A stretch of DNA of 64,000 nt, taken from positions 3,680,001 to 3,744,000 of the forward strand of contig OZ257156.1 of NCBI GenBank assembly GCA_965279375.1. The letters are read 5' to 3'. A model generated the notes under the pieces. The model was not told where the DNA came from. It did no database searches and saw nothing but the letters and a program-made list of their open reading frames with translations. This stretch comes from Gemmatimonas sp. GTDB taxonomy: Bacteria > Gemmatimonadota > Gemmatimonadetes > Gemmatimonadales > Gemmatimonadaceae. Positions 1 through 10,557 of the stretch are shown here, piece after piece. The position numbers were made by a program, and so were the translations under genes. Numbering within the stretch: position 1 is the first letter of the stretch; every line of letters starts with the position of its first letter.

Positions 1-1843
1 TGGCGCCGACATGCGCGCCGAGATGGAGGAGCAGCGCGTCGCGGCTGCAGAGCGTGAGCGGAAGACCGTGCGCGTCAACGAGTTCATCACGGTATCCGAA
101 CTCGCGCAGATCCTCGGCGTGCCCGCCACGCAGATCGTCGGCTTCGCATTCAAGACGCTCGGCTTGATGGTCACCATCAACCAGCGCCTCGACTTCGACC
201 AGATCGAACTGATCGCCGGTGAGTTCGGCTTCCAGGCCGTGAAGGAAAGCGACTACGCCGCCGATCTCACCACCGAAACGGCCGAAGTCGACGATGCAGA
301 GGATCTGCGTCCTCGTCCGCCCGTCGTCACGATCATGGGTCACGTTGACCATGGTAAGACGTCGCTCCTCGACTACATCCGCAAGGCGAATGTCGTCGCA
401 GGCGAAGCCGGTGGTATCACGCAGCACATCGGCGCGTATCACGTGGAAGTGGCCGACAAGCGCACGATCACGTTCCTCGACACACCGGGTCACGAAGCGT
501 TCACCGCCATGCGTGCCCGTGGCGCGCAGGTGACCGACATCGTGGTCATCGTCATCGCGGCCGACGACCAGGTCATGCCGCAGACGGTCGAAGCGATCTC
601 GCACGCCAAGAGCGCCGGCGTACCGATCATCATCGCCATCAACAAGGTCGACCTCGCGACCGCAAACGTCGCCAAGGTCAAGCAGGATTTGCTGCAGCAC
701 GATGTCGTGCTCGAAGACTTCGGCGGCACGGTGCTCCACTCGGAGATTTCGGCCAAGAAGGGCACGGGTGTGAAGGATCTCCTCGAGCAGATTCTGCTGC
801 AGGCGGACATCCTGGAACTCAAGGCCAATCCGTCGCGTCGAGCGGTCGGATCGGTGGTCGAAGCACAGCTCGACCAGGGCAAGGGACCGGTCGCCACCGT
901 GCTCGTGCAGAACGGTACGCTGCGCGTCGGTGACGACTACATCTGCGGCATCTACTCCGGTCGTGTCCGCGCGCTGCTCGACGAGCGTGGCAAGGCGGTG
1001 AAGTCCGCGGGTCCTGCGATTCCAGTGCAGATCCTCGGTCTGACCGGCGTGCCGATGGCCGGCGATCAGCTCATCGTGGTTGAAGACGCCGCCGAAGCGC
1101 GCGAAATCGCGCAGCGTCGTGAACGCCTCGATCGCGAAGCGAAGAGCCGTCGCACCACGCGTGGTGTCGTCTCGCTCGAAGACTTCATGTCGCAGACGTC
1201 GGCTGGCCAGAAACGCCAGTTGCGTCTCGTCATCAAGGCGGACCAGGGCGGTCCGGCGGAAGCGCTTGCCGACGCGTTGGGTCAGCTCTCCAACCCCGAA
1301 GTCTCGGTGGAAATCCTCCACCGTGGCGTGGGTGCGATCGCCGAAACGGACATTCTGTTGGCCAAGGCGTCTGGCGCCATCATCATCGGCTTCCACGTCC
1401 GCCCCGACAACAACGCCCGCGCGGCAGCCGAGCGCGAAGGCGTCGAGATCAAGCTGTACCGCATCATCTACGAGGCCGTCGCCGATGTGAAGGCCGCCCT
1501 CGAAGGAATGCTGCGCCCGGAAGAACGCGAAGTCGTGTACGGCGAAGCGGCAGTGCGCGAAACGTTCAAGGTTGCGCGCGTTGGCGTCATCGCGGGTTGC
1601 ATGGTTCGCAGTGGCACCATCAACCGGAAGGGACGCGTCCGCGTCATCCGCGATGGCGTCGAGATTTACGATGGTGGCATCGCCTCGCTGCGCCGCTTCA
1701 AGGACGACGTCCAGGAAGTGAAGGAAGGCTACGAGTGCGGTATCGGCATCGAGAACTTCAACGATGTGAAGGTCGGCGACGTGTTCGAGTGCTATCGCAC
1801 CGAGGAAGTCGCACGTACGCTCGACCAGGCATCGAAGTCATAA
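1..1843 (+). CDS. infB: Translation initiation factor IF-2 (5' end lies upstream of window)
   Basis: [28 protein letters not shown] and NKVD G-motifs; C-terminal GYECGI; frame open to window edge. Confidence 0.98.
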   Translation, partial: GADMRAEMEEQRVAAAERERKTVRVNEFITVSELAQILGVPATQIVGFAFKTLGLMVTINQRLDFDQIELIAGEFGFQAVKESDYAADLTTETAEVDDAEDLRPRPPVVTIMGHVDHGKTSLLDYIRKANVVAGEAGGITQHIGAYHVEVADKRTITFLDTPGHEAFTAMRARGAQVTDIVVIVIAADDQVMPQTVEAISHAKSAGVPIIIAINKVDLATANVAKVKQDLLQHDVVLEDFGGTVLHSEISAKKGTGVKDLLEQILLQADILELKANPSRRAVGSVVEAQLDQGKGPVATVLVQNGTLRVGDDYICGIYSGRVRALLDERGKAVKSAGPAIPVQILGLTGVPMAGDQLIVVEDAAEAREIAQRRERLDREAKSRRTTRGVVSLEDFMSQTSAGQKRQLRLVIKADQGGPAEALADALGQLSNPEVSVEILHRGVGAIAETDILLAKASGAIIIGFHVRPDNNARAAAEREGVEIKLYRIIYEAVADVKAALEGMLRPEEREVVYGEAAVRETFKVARVGVIAGCMVRSGTINRKGRVRVIRDGVEIYDGGIASLRRFKDDVQEVKEGYECGIGIENFNDVKVGDVFECYRTEEVARTLDQASKS

Positions 1844-1852
1844 GGAGGCATC

Positions 1853-2272
1853 ATGGCCGACCCGCGACGTCCTGATCGCGTTGCAGAGGCCATCCGCGAA
1901 CAGGTGGCGACCTTCCTCTCGGAAGGCGCCAAGGACCCGCGGATTCGTGGATTCGTCACCGTCACCGCGGTGGAGATGACACGCGACCTCCGGCATGCCA
2001 ACGTGTTCGTCAGTGTGATGGGTGACGACGACGCAACGAAGGCGACCTTTGAAGGACTCGCCAGCGTTGCGTCGCACCTGCGTTCCATGCTTGGCAAGAC
2101 GCTGCGTCTGCGCAATGCGCCGGAAATCCACTTCAAGGCGGACGAAAGCATCGCGCGTGCTTCTCGCATCGAGCAGCTGCTCGCTCAAGTGAGAAACGAA
2201 CGCGAGGCGGAAGACGCGCCCGCGCAGGGCGCGACCGCACCGTCGGACGGCGTTTCGCCGTCCGACGGCTGA
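1853..2272 (+). CDS. rbfA: 30S ribosome-binding factor A
   Basis: RPDRVAEAIR..KDPRI..VTVTAVEMTRDLRHANVFVS..LRNAPEIHF; SD AAGGAGG; follows infB. Confidence 0.96.
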   Translation: MADPRRPDRVAEAIREQVATFLSEGAKDPRIRGFVTVTAVEMTRDLRHANVFVSVMGDDDATKATFEGLASVASHLRSMLGKTLRLRNAPEIHFKADESIARASRIEQLLAQVRNEREAEDAPAQGATAPSDGVSPSDG

Positions 2273-2309
2273 CGGTTCGCGCAGCACGCGCTACCAACGC
2301 ACGCTCGCA

Positions 2310-3218
2310 GTGGACGGTCTGTTGTACGTGGATAAGCCCGTTGGCATCACCTCGCACGATGTCGTCGCGGTGGTGCGACGCGCCGCTCGCTCCAAACGGG
2401 TAGGCCACGCCGGTACGCTCGATCCATTTGCCACCGGTCTCCTGGTCCTCGGCATCGGACAGTGCACGCGGCTCCTGCCGTACATCGTCGCTGAGCCAAA
2501 GGTCTACGACGCACGCATCCGCTTCGACTGCGAAACCGATACCGATGATGCGACTGGTGCGCCCACGGTGCACGCGTCGGCGCCGGCATTTGCAGATCCC
2601 GCGGTGATGAGCGCGCTGCACCGTGCCATCGCGTCACTCACCGGCACGATCGCACAGACACCGCCAGCCTATTCCGCAAAGCACGTGGACGGCCAGCGTG
2701 CATATGCGCTCGCCCGTCGCGGTGCGCCGGTGGAATTGCCGCCCGTTGATGTCACCATACATCAGTGGGACGTGCTCGCCGTTGGCGACGGATTTATCGA
2801 CGTTCGCATCACCTGCGCCGGCGGCACCTACGTGCGTGCACTGGCTCGCGATCTCGGGCGCGCGATGCACAGCGCGGCGCACTGCGAGACGCTGCGTCGC
2901 GTCTCCAGCGGTCCGGCGCATGTCGACAACGCTACGCGACTCGAAGACCTCGTGCCGGGCGCCATCGCGGATCGCGTCGTGGCGCTGCGCTCGCCACTCG
3001 CCGCGCTCGGCGATATCGCAACGGAGTTACTCGACGAGGCGGCCATTGCCGATCTGTCGCAGGGGCGTGCACTCGCCGCGACGGGGGCAGGGGAGACGGT
3101 CGCCTTTGTTCGCGCGCACAACACCGGCGATACGACGATGGACGTGCTCGGCATTGGTGTGCGCACTCCGGGCGATCGGTGGCAACCGCGCGTCGTCCTG
3201 CTCGGTGGTGCGTCATGA
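2310..3218 (+). CDS. truB: tRNA pseudouridine(55) synthase
   Basis: DKPVGITSHD, VGHAGTLDPFATG, PPAYSA and GGTYVRALARD motifs. Confidence 0.97.
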   Translation: MDGLLYVDKPVGITSHDVVAVVRRAARSKRVGHAGTLDPFATGLLVLGIGQCTRLLPYIVAEPKVYDARIRFDCETDTDDATGAPTVHASAPAFADPAVMSALHRAIASLTGTIAQTPPAYSAKHVDGQRAYALARRGAPVELPPVDVTIHQWDVLAVGDGFIDVRITCAGGTYVRALARDLGRAMHSAAHCETLRRVSSGPAHVDNATRLEDLVPGAIADRVVALRSPLAALGDIATELLDEAAIADLSQGRALAATGAGETVAFVRAHNTGDTTMDVLGIGVRTPGDRWQPRVVLLGGAS

Positions 3219-4207
3219 CGCGAGTAGTACGAGGTGAAACCGCGGCCGATCTCGGCGGACTTCCACTGCAGGATCGCGGCGCCGTCATCACCGTCGGCAC
3301 GTTCGATGGTGTGCATCGCGGCCATCAGGATGTGCTCCGCCAACTCGTGGCGCACGCAGAGCGCGCGGACCGTCCGTCCGTCGTCATCACTTTCGAGCCA
3401 CATCCGCTCGAGATCGTGAATCCGGCCGCCGCGCCGCCTCTGTTGACGTTGCTCGATGAAAAGTTGGAGCAGTTCGTACAGTCCGGCGTCTCGTATGTGG
3501 CAGTGTTGCCCTTCACACCCACGCTGGCGGCCTACGAAGCCTCGCAATTCGTCGATGAAGTCCTGCGCGCACGATTCGCGCTGGCCGAATTGCTCGTGGG
3601 ACACGACCACGGTTTTGGACGCGGGCGACTGGGCGACATCGAGGTCCTGCGCGGTCTCGCCGAGAAGCATGGGTTCGGCATGACCGTGCTGCCGCCGGTG
3701 CACTCGACCAACGGCGAAGCGATCTCCTCGACCATGATTCGTCGCGCCATCGCGGCCGGTGACCTGCAACTCGCTGCAACCGGGCTCGGCCGTTTCTACA
3801 GCTTGAGCGGTCGCGTCGTCGGAGGCGATCGTCGTGGACGTCTGCTCGGCTACCCCACGCTCAATCTGTCGCCGCCGACCGATCGAAAACTGCTGCCACT
3901 GGACGGGGTCTACGCGATCCGCGCGCAGACCCCGCAGGGCGCCTTTGGCGGCATGCTCAACCTTGGGCCGCGCCCCACGTTCGGTGATCCGGAGCGTCGT
4001 ATCGAGGCGCATGTCTTCGATGCCAGCCACGACTGGTACGGGGCGCCGGTCCGATTGGACTTCGTGGCGAGACTGCGCGAGACGCGCGCGTTCAGCGGAA
4101 TGGATGCACTGCGCGAGCAGTTGGCCACCGATGAGACGCAGGCACGGGCAGCATTGCAGGAGAATCTTCCGGCCGTTGAACTACCGCACCGCCGGAATGA
4201 CGCCTAA
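3215..4207 (+). CDS. ribF: Bifunctional riboflavin kinase/FAD synthetase
   Basis: GTFDGVHRGH, VGHDHGFG, ISSTMIR, GYPTLN, IEAHVFD; ATG overlaps truB stop (ATGA), so true start is 3215 rather than 2765. Confidence 0.95.
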   Translation: MTRVVRGETAADLGGLPLQDRGAVITVGTFDGVHRGHQDVLRQLVAHAERADRPSVVITFEPHPLEIVNPAAAPPLLTLLDEKLEQFVQSGVSYVAVLPFTPTLAAYEASQFVDEVLRARFALAELLVGHDHGFGRGRLGDIEVLRGLAEKHGFGMTVLPPVHSTNGEAISSTMIRRAIAAGDLQLAATGLGRFYSLSGRVVGGDRRGRLLGYPTLNLSPPTDRKLLPLDGVYAIRAQTPQGAFGGMLNLGPRPTFGDPERRIEAHVFDASHDWYGAPVRLDFVARLRETRAFSGMDALREQLATDETQARAALQENLPAVELPHRRNDA

Positions 4208-4331
4208 GTTTCGAGGCTAGGCGCATTTCGCGCCGCATTCACTGGTCGGGCCCGGTCCTGCATCGCAGGTTCGACCGCGATCCACCCGGCGGCGCGTTGC
4301 CGACCGTTCTCACCCCTGGCCACCGGCATCG

Positions 4332-6002
4332 ATGGCGAACTTGAAGTACCGCGTCCTGCTCATTGTGGGACTCCTCGCGGCCTCCGCGTGGGCTCTCTTT
4401 CCGCGCACCGTTGTCGAACGGGTCAAGCGCGATGGCGTTTTCGTCTACGACACGGTCAAGCGCGTTCCGCTCAAGCGCGGACTTGATCTCCAGGGTGGTA
4501 TGCATCTCACCCTCGAAGTCGACGAATCCAAGCAGGCGGTCGCGAACAAGTCCGAGGCGCTCGATCGCGCTCTCAAGGTTGTCCGTCAGCGCATCGACGA
4601 GTTCGGCGTCTCCGAGCCCGTCGTGCAGAAGGCCGGTGACGAACGGCTGATCGTCGAACTCCCTGGCATCGATGACGCCGCGCGCGCGCAGGACGTCGTG
4701 CAGAAGTCGGCGTTCCTCGAGTTCCAGATCACCGACAAGACGCAGGCGCTCGAGCGCAGCCTCGCGCGCTTCGACGAAATCGCGCGCGCCGCTGGCATCA
4801 GTGTTGGAGACGCCAAGCTTGGCGCCGACACGGCCAAGAAGACTGGTGTGACGTCGCTGCTCACGCAGACGACCGACACCACCAAGAAGGATTCCACGGG
4901 CAAGGCAGTCGCCTCCGCCGGTACGGATTCCGCGGCCAAGACGCCGGCGCAAACGGGCGGCTTGTTCGCGTCCAACGTGCAGCCGGGCCAGCTTCCGGGT
5001 CAGTACATCATCGCCGAGTCGGCGTACGGTGCGTTCGAACGCGCGCTGGCGTTGCCGGCCATGCAGGACGCGATGCCGCCGGGCAAGGTGATCCGTTGGG
5101 GCGTCGATTCGCTCGTCAACGGCACGCAGCGTTTCCGCGCTTTCTACGTGCTCGACTCGCGCCCGATCATCACCGGTGAAGTGCTCACCGACGCGCGTCC
5201 GTCCACCGATCCGGTGGAAGGCAACGTCGTGCAGTTCACGCTCAACAACGAAGGCGCGCGTCGCTTCAAGACCGAGACGGGCAAGCACGTCAAGGACAAC
5301 ATGGCCATCGTGCTCGACCAGCGGGTCGTCACGGCGCCGGTGCTCAACAGTGCGATCGGTCGCAACGGGCAGATCACGCTCGGCGGCGGTTCGCTGCAGT
5401 CCGCACAGGACTTGGCGCTCGTGCTGCGTGCCGGTGCATTGCCCGTGCCTCTCAAGGTCGCCGAAGTGCGCAGCATCGGCGCCAGCCTCGGACAGGACTC
5501 GATCAACAAGGGCGTGATTGCACTGGCGATCGCGCTGCTGCTGATCGTTGGCATCATGATCGGCTACTACCGCTTCTCCGGCATGCTCGCCGTCGCGGGC
5601 CTGATCCTGTACCTCGTGTACACGCTCGCGACGCTGGCCGGCTTCCACGCCGTCCTGACGCTGCCCGGTCTCGCCGGCTTCGTGCTCTCCATCGGTATCG
5701 CCGTCGACGCCAACGTGCTGATCTTCGAGCGCATCCGCGAAGAACTCGATCACGGCAAGTCGGTTCGCCTCTCGATCGACGAAGGCTTCCGCCACGCGAT
5801 GAGCGCCATCGTCGACACGTCGGCCACTACGATCCTCTCCGGCATGGTGCTGTATCAGTACGGCACGGGTCCCGTGCGCGGCTTTGCCGTCACGCTCGTC
5901 GCGGGCGTTGTCGCCTCACTGTTCACGTCGATCTTCGTGAGCAAGACCTTCTTCCTGATCTGGATGAACCGCTCGCGCGGCGCCCAGGCGCTGAGCATCT
6001 GA
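4332..6002 (+). CDS. secD: Protein translocase subunit SecD
   Basis: [38 protein letters not shown]-terminal TM helices. Confidence 0.97.
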   Translation: MANLKYRVLLIVGLLAASAWALFPRTVVERVKRDGVFVYDTVKRVPLKRGLDLQGGMHLTLEVDESKQAVANKSEALDRALKVVRQRIDEFGVSEPVVQKAGDERLIVELPGIDDAARAQDVVQKSAFLEFQITDKTQALERSLARFDEIARAAGISVGDAKLGADTAKKTGVTSLLTQTTDTTKKDSTGKAVASAGTDSAAKTPAQTGGLFASNVQPGQLPGQYIIAESAYGAFERALALPAMQDAMPPGKVIRWGVDSLVNGTQRFRAFYVLDSRPIITGEVLTDARPSTDPVEGNVVQFTLNNEGARRFKTETGKHVKDNMAIVLDQRVVTAPVLNSAIGRNGQITLGGGSLQSAQDLALVLRAGALPVPLKVAEVRSIGASLGQDSINKGVIALAIALLLIVGIMIGYYRFSGMLAVAGLILYLVYTLATLAGFHAVLTLPGLAGFVLSIGIAVDANVLIFERIREELDHGKSVRLSIDEGFRHAMSAIVDTSATTILSGMVLYQYGTGPVRGFAVTLVAGVVASLFTSIFVSKTFFLIWMNRSRGAQALSI

Positions 6003-6009
6003 GGCTACC

Positions 6010-7026
6010 ATGATTCGTATCTTCCATCACTCCAAGTACGAGTTCGTTCGTCACTGGCGCATCGCGGCCGGCCTGACGCTGGCGTTCATCGCGGCTGGCT
6101 TGGTCACATTTGCCATCACCGGCGGCGTGAACTACAGCATCGAGTTCACCGGCGGCACGCTCATGCAGGTGCAGTTCAAGCAGCCGCCTGACGTCGCCGT
6201 CGTTCGCGGCACGCTCGACAAGGCCGGCATCACCGGCGCGGAAATCCAGCAGTTCGGCGCGGCGACGGACTACACGATCCGCGCACGCGAAGAAAAGCAG
6301 GTCGAGTCGCAGGCCGCGGGTGCGGAAGGCATCTCCAAGAAGATCGAGACTGCGCTCAACCAGCAGTTCGGCGCCGGCGCGATGACCGTTGTCCGCACCG
6401 AAGCCGTCGGACCCAAAGTCGGTAGTGAGCTGCGTCAGGGCGCGTTCCTCGCGATGATCATCACGTCGATCCTGACGATGATCTATCTCGGCATTCGCTT
6501 CGACTGGCGCTTCGGACTTGCTGCGGTGCTCTCCACGGCGCACGACATTCTGGTGACCTTCGCGTTCATCAAGCTGATGCATCTCGAAGTCTCGCTCACG
6601 GTCGTCGCGGCCATTCTGACACTGCTCGGCTACTCCGCCAACGACACCATCATCATCTTCGACCGCGTGCGCGAAGATCTGCGCAAGCGGACCAAGGGTG
6701 AGTCGATGGCGGCCGTGCTCGATCGCGCGATCAACGAAACGCTGCCGCGTTCCGTCATGACGCACGCAACGACACTCGCTGCCACGCTCGCGCTGCTCTT
6801 CTTCGCCGGTGAAGTGATCCGTCCGTTCGCGTGGGTCATGGCGTTCGGTATCTTCGTCGCCACCTTCTCGTCGATCTACGTCGCCGGACCGGTGCTCTTG
6901 TGGATCGAGTCCAAGTACCCGCGTGCCGCGTCGGACGCCGCTGGTCGCGCCATGCGTGACACCGGCGCCCCGACGGTTCCGGCGCCCAACAAGCCGCGCG
7001 GCAACGAGCGCGCGGTTGCGCGTTAA
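6010..7026 (+). CDS. secF: Protein translocase subunit SecF
   Basis: SIEFTGGT, VGPKVG, GYSANDTIIIFDRVRE. Confidence 0.97.
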   Translation: MIRIFHHSKYEFVRHWRIAAGLTLAFIAAGLVTFAITGGVNYSIEFTGGTLMQVQFKQPPDVAVVRGTLDKAGITGAEIQQFGAATDYTIRAREEKQVESQAAGAEGISKKIETALNQQFGAGAMTVVRTEAVGPKVGSELRQGAFLAMIITSILTMIYLGIRFDWRFGLAAVLSTAHDILVTFAFIKLMHLEVSLTVVAAILTLLGYSANDTIIIFDRVREDLRKRTKGESMAAVLDRAINETLPRSVMTHATTLAATLALLFFAGEVIRPFAWVMAFGIFVATFSSIYVAGPVLLWIESKYPRAASDAAGRAMRDTGAPTVPAPNKPRGNERAVAR

Positions 7027-7041
7027 CCCGACGCAGCGAGC

Positions 7042-7851
7042 GTGAGCGCGGCAGTCTTCGCCGATAGTCACGTCCATCTCGCGGATCCCGCGTTCACAGA
7101 TGATGTGGACGCGGTTGTGGAACGGGCTCGTGCCGCTGGTGCACGGGCCCTTGTTTGTATCGGTGAGTCGCCCGCCACAGCGCTTCGCGCACAGGCCTTG
7201 TCGGCGCGGTATCCCGGAGAAGTCTTTCACACCTGCGGCCTGCACCCGCACGAGGCCGCTGCGTGGGATCCGCAGCTCCATCCGGAGGCCATTCGCGCGG
7301 CCGCGCGCCTCGGCGCCGTCGCCGTCGGGGAATGCGGTCTCGACTACCACTACGACAACGCCCCACGCGAGCAGCAGCGGCGCGTGCTCGCCGCGCAGAT
7401 CGAGCTCGCGGCGGAGCTCTCGTTGCCGATTGTGTTGCACACGCGTGACGCCGATGCAGACACAGAATCGATGCTGCGCGATGCCATCGCCGCCGACGTG
7501 CGCGGTGTATTGCACTGCTTCACCGGCACGGTCGCGCTCGCGGAAGCGGGACTCGCCGCGGGATGGTACGTCTCCTTCAGCGGCATCATTACTTTCAAGT
7601 CGTGGACCGACGAGGCACTTCTCAAGATGGTGCCCGACGACCGGCTGTTGATCGAATCCGACGCGCCATATTTGGCGCCGGTGCCGTACCGCGGGAAACG
7701 CAACGAGTCTGCCTACGTCTCGCGTACACTCGAGAAACTGGCGGTCGTTCGCGGGACCTCCGCGGAAGTTCTGGGGTTCACTGCCTTGGCCAACACGCAG
7801 CGTCTGTTCGCGCTGCCGACTTCGCTGACACACACCGAGACCACATCCTGA
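7042..7851 (+). CDS. tatD: TatD family metal-dependent nuclease/hydrolase
   Basis: DSHVH, GLHPH, VGECGLDY, LHCFTG and ESDAPY motifs. Confidence 0.93.
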   Translation: MSAAVFADSHVHLADPAFTDDVDAVVERARAAGARALVCIGESPATALRAQALSARYPGEVFHTCGLHPHEAAAWDPQLHPEAIRAAARLGAVAVGECGLDYHYDNAPREQQRRVLAAQIELAAELSLPIVLHTRDADADTESMLRDAIAADVRGVLHCFTGTVALAEAGLAAGWYVSFSGIITFKSWTDEALLKMVPDDRLLIESDAPYLAPVPYRGKRNESAYVSRTLEKLAVVRGTSAEVLGFTALANTQRLFALPTSLTHTETTS

Positions 7852-7853
7852 CC

Positions 7854-8243
7854 ATGTCCATCGAAACGCTGCACACTGATCACGCCCCCAAGGCGATCGG
7901 CCCGTATGCGCAGGCCGTGCGCGCGAATGGCTTTCTGTTCACCGCCGGACAGATCGCGTTGGATCCCGTCACGATGGAAGTCGTCTCCACCGATGTTGGC
8001 GAGCAGACGGTGCAGGTGCTCAAGAATCTTGGTGCCGTACTCGAAGCGGCTGGCGCCTCGTGGGGCGACGTGGTGAAGACCACCGTCTTCATTCGCGACA
8101 TGGCCGACTTCGCCGCAGTCAATGCGGTCTACGCGTCGGTGTTTGGCGATGCACGCCCCGCGCGTTCCACCGTTGCCGTCGCGGGCCTGCCGCGCGACGT
8201 GCGCGTGGAGATCGAAGCGATAGTCGCGCTGCCCGCGAACTAG
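7854..8243 (+). CDS. ridA: RidA/YjgF family enamine/imine deaminase
   Basis: APKAIGPYAQAV, AGQI, PARSTV (catalytic Arg), VEIEAI; start reassigned to ATG 7854. Confidence 0.92.
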   Translation: MSIETLHTDHAPKAIGPYAQAVRANGFLFTAGQIALDPVTMEVVSTDVGEQTVQVLKNLGAVLEAAGASWGDVVKTTVFIRDMADFAAVNAVYASVFGDARPARSTVAVAGLPRDVRVEIEAIVALPAN

Positions 8244-8249
8244 GCAAGC

Positions 8250-8921
8250 GTGTCCCAGCGCCCAGCGATCACGATGTTCGCGCGACCTCTGATGCGTGGC
8301 GTTCCAGCGCCACGTCTCGAACGTATTCGCGCGCTCCTGCTGGGCGCCGCACTTTCTTTTGTTGCGTCGTCTGTAGTCACCGCGCAGACGCCGGACACCA
8401 CCAAGCGGGCGGTTCCTGCCGACAGCGCCAAAGCCGCCACGGCGCGTGCACCGCGCGTTCCGCGCGCGCCTGCACTCATCACACGACTCGCACCACCAAT
8501 CACCCCCAAGCGCGCGTTCCTGTATTCACTCGCGCTCCCGGGCTTCGGACAGTCGCGGCTCGACCGCGGAGTCTCCGGCGCACTCTTCTCGGGCGTAGAA
8601 CTTAGTGCGATCACCATGCTCAGGCGCAGCAGCGCCGATCTGCGTGAAGCCCGCCGCTACCTGAGCGATTCGCTGCCGATCACGTTCAACGCGAACGGCA
8701 CGACCGCCACGCCGGTCGGCCGCAGCCCCAACGCGTACACAGCGGACCTCATTCGCACGCGGCGACTCCACGTCGAAGACTGGCTCGCCGTGCTGGCGTT
8801 CAATCACCTGCTGTCCGGCGCAGACGCCTTTGTCTCGGCGCAGCTCTGGGACGTCCCCGTCAAGCTGGCGGCGTTGCCGCGCCCAGACGGCGCGGTGCTC
8901 GTCGCGACGATCCGTTGGTAG
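8250..8921 (+). CDS. Hypothetical exported/membrane protein (DUF5683-like)
   Basis: Signal-like segment ending VTAQ; AFLYSLALPGFGQ and NHLLSGADAFVSAQL motifs; operonic between ridA and murI. Confidence 0.65.
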   Translation: MSQRPAITMFARPLMRGVPAPRLERIRALLLGAALSFVASSVVTAQTPDTTKRAVPADSAKAATARAPRVPRAPALITRLAPPITPKRAFLYSLALPGFGQSRLDRGVSGALFSGVELSAITMLRRSSADLREARRYLSDSLPITFNANGTTATPVGRSPNAYTADLIRTRRLHVEDWLAVLAFNHLLSGADAFVSAQLWDVPVKLAALPRPDGAVLVATIRW

Positions 8922-9754
8922 CGCACCAAAGCGTTCGTCGTTCCGCAGCGCCTTCGCCACGCGCGCCGATCGGCATCTTCGACTCGGGCATCGGCGGCCT
9001 CACTGTCGTGCGCGAGATGCTTACACGACTCCCCGGTGAGTCGCTGATCTACCTTGGCGACACCGCCCGCGTGCCCTACGGCTCCAAGAGCCCGGAGACT
9101 GTCCGTCGCTACGCCGCGCAGATCGCGGACTGGCTTGTGCAGCAGGGGGTGAAGCTCGTTGTCGTCGCCTGCAACACCGCCACGGCGCACGCGCTCGAGA
9201 TGCTGCAGGAGTCGCAGCCAGTGCCCGTCCTTGGCGTCATCGCACCTGGAGCGCGTGCAGCGGTACAGGTCACGCGCGGCGGGCCCATTGGTGTCATCGG
9301 CACCGCTGGAACCATCGCGTCTGGCGCCTACGAGCGCGCCATACACGCGCTCCAACCGACCGCAGACGTTTGTGCGACGCCCTGTCCGCTTTTCGTGCCC
9401 TTGGTGGAGGAAGGTTGGCTCGATCATCCCGCGACGCGACTGATCGCTCGTGAATACCTCGCCCCGCTGCACTCGGCCCACGTAGACACGCTCGTGCTGG
9501 GCTGCACGCACTATCCGCTCTTGGTGGACGTGCTGCGCGAAGAGATGGGGCCCGGCGTTTCATTGATCGACAGTGCAGCGGAAACGGCGAGCGAGGCCGA
9601 GCGGCTGCTGCGTGAGATGCACATGCTGCGAGATGAGGCTGACGCTCCTGTCCATCGATTTGTAGCGTCAGACGCGCCCGACCGCTTTCTATCGCTTGGC
9701 CGGCGATTCCTCGGTGCCACGCTCGCCCACGTCGAGCACGTCTCCTTCACCTAG
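8915..9754 (+). CDS. murI: Glutamate racemase
   Basis: IGIFDSGIGGLTV, ACNTA and LGCTHYP catalytic Cys motifs; exact start uncertain. Confidence 0.96.
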   Translation: MVAHQSVRRSAAPSPRAPIGIFDSGIGGLTVVREMLTRLPGESLIYLGDTARVPYGSKSPETVRRYAAQIADWLVQQGVKLVVVACNTATAHALEMLQESQPVPVLGVIAPGARAAVQVTRGGPIGVIGTAGTIASGAYERAIHALQPTADVCATPCPLFVPLVEEGWLDHPATRLIAREYLAPLHSAHVDTLVLGCTHYPLLVDVLREEMGPGVSLIDSAAETASEAERLLREMHMLRDEADAPVHRFVASDAPDRFLSLGRRFLGATLAHVEHVSFT

Positions 9755-10471
9755 ACCCGTCCAGCGGCAACGGCTGATCGACGTGTCGTCGATGCGCAAA
9801 AACTGCTGGTCTAGATAGAACGCGCCAGCATTGGCGTACCAGCCACGACCCGCCCGCTGCAGCGTCGGCACATGCGAGTGACCGTGGATGACCAAACGTG
9901 GCCCATCCTCCAGCTCGAGCGAGCGTGTCGCGACTTGGAGCAGGCCGCGTCCTTCATCGCCGGCATGTCGATGTCTGCTGGTATCGGACGACGATAGCGC
10001 GACTCGCGAGGCGAAGTCGGGGTGCAGCCAGCCGAACGCGCGGATCGCGAGCGGATGCCGCAGCACTGTCCGCAGTCTCCGATACGGCGCGTCTTCGACC
10101 TCGCGCAGCCCGTCGCCGTGCTGAAGGAGCGTCGGCCAGGCACCGATCTGGTCGAACCAAGGCTCGAGCGTGTAACGCGCCCCTGTCTCCGCCTCCAGCA
10201 CCTCGCCGCCCCAGCAATCGTGGTTGCCACCGATCCAGAGCACCTCGATTCCCGCGTCGCGCAGATCGGCGATGGCGGCCAGCACCCGAAAGCCGGCTCG
10301 CGGCATCACGTGACGCCACGCAAACCAGAAGTCGAACAGGTCGCCCATGATCACCAACGACCGAGCGCGGCCGGGCAGCTGCCGCAAGAAGGCAAGCAGA
10401 GCACGCTCGGCATCCTTGGACGCGACGCCGAGATGCGCGTCGCCGATCACATAGCATGGGGTGGGAAGCAC
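9689..10471 (-). CDS. UDP-2,3-diacylglucosamine hydrolase-like calcineurin-type metallophosphoesterase (LpxH family)
   Basis: GDAHLG, GDLFDFW, GGNHD, HGDG and HGHSH metallophosphoesterase motifs. Confidence 0.82.
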   Translation of the reverse strand: MLPTPCYVIGDAHLGVASKDAERALLAFLRQLPGRARSLVIMGDLFDFWFAWRHVMPRAGFRVLAAIADLRDAGIEVLWIGGNHDCWGGEVLEAETGARYTLEPWFDQIGAWPTLLQHGDGLREVEDAPYRRLRTVLRHPLAIRAFGWLHPDFASRVALSSSDTSRHRHAGDEGRGLLQVATRSLELEDGPRLVIHGHSHVPTLQRAGRGWYANAGAFYLDQQFLRIDDTSISRCRWTGLGEGDVLDVGERGTEESPAKR

Positions 10472-10477
10472 AGAGGC

Positions 10478-10506
10478 AGTCTAACTCCTGCTTGGGGTTG
10501 CCACAA
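10478..10506 (-). promoter_or_regulatory. Putative sigma70 promoter of the LpxH-like gene (TTGTGG-17-TAGACT), likely leaderless
   Basis: -10 hexamer ends 6 nt before the GTG start; exact 17-nt spacer. Confidence 0.5.
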
Positions 10507-10557
10507 ACCTGATCGCTCGCCTTGAGCGCACCCCCGCACGGAGCGCATCTTCCGCAC

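Noticed and set aside
2765..3214. Long N-terminal extensions in the ORF track (ribF, ridA, rfaE2, gnnA-like, DUF374, murJ)
   Set aside because: They overlap upstream genes; starts were reassigned to codons coupled to the upstream stops.
4208..4331. FMN riboswitch or ncRNA between ribF and secD
   Set aside because: Only a GC-rich hairpin; it lies downstream of ribF and lacks FMN aptamer consensus.
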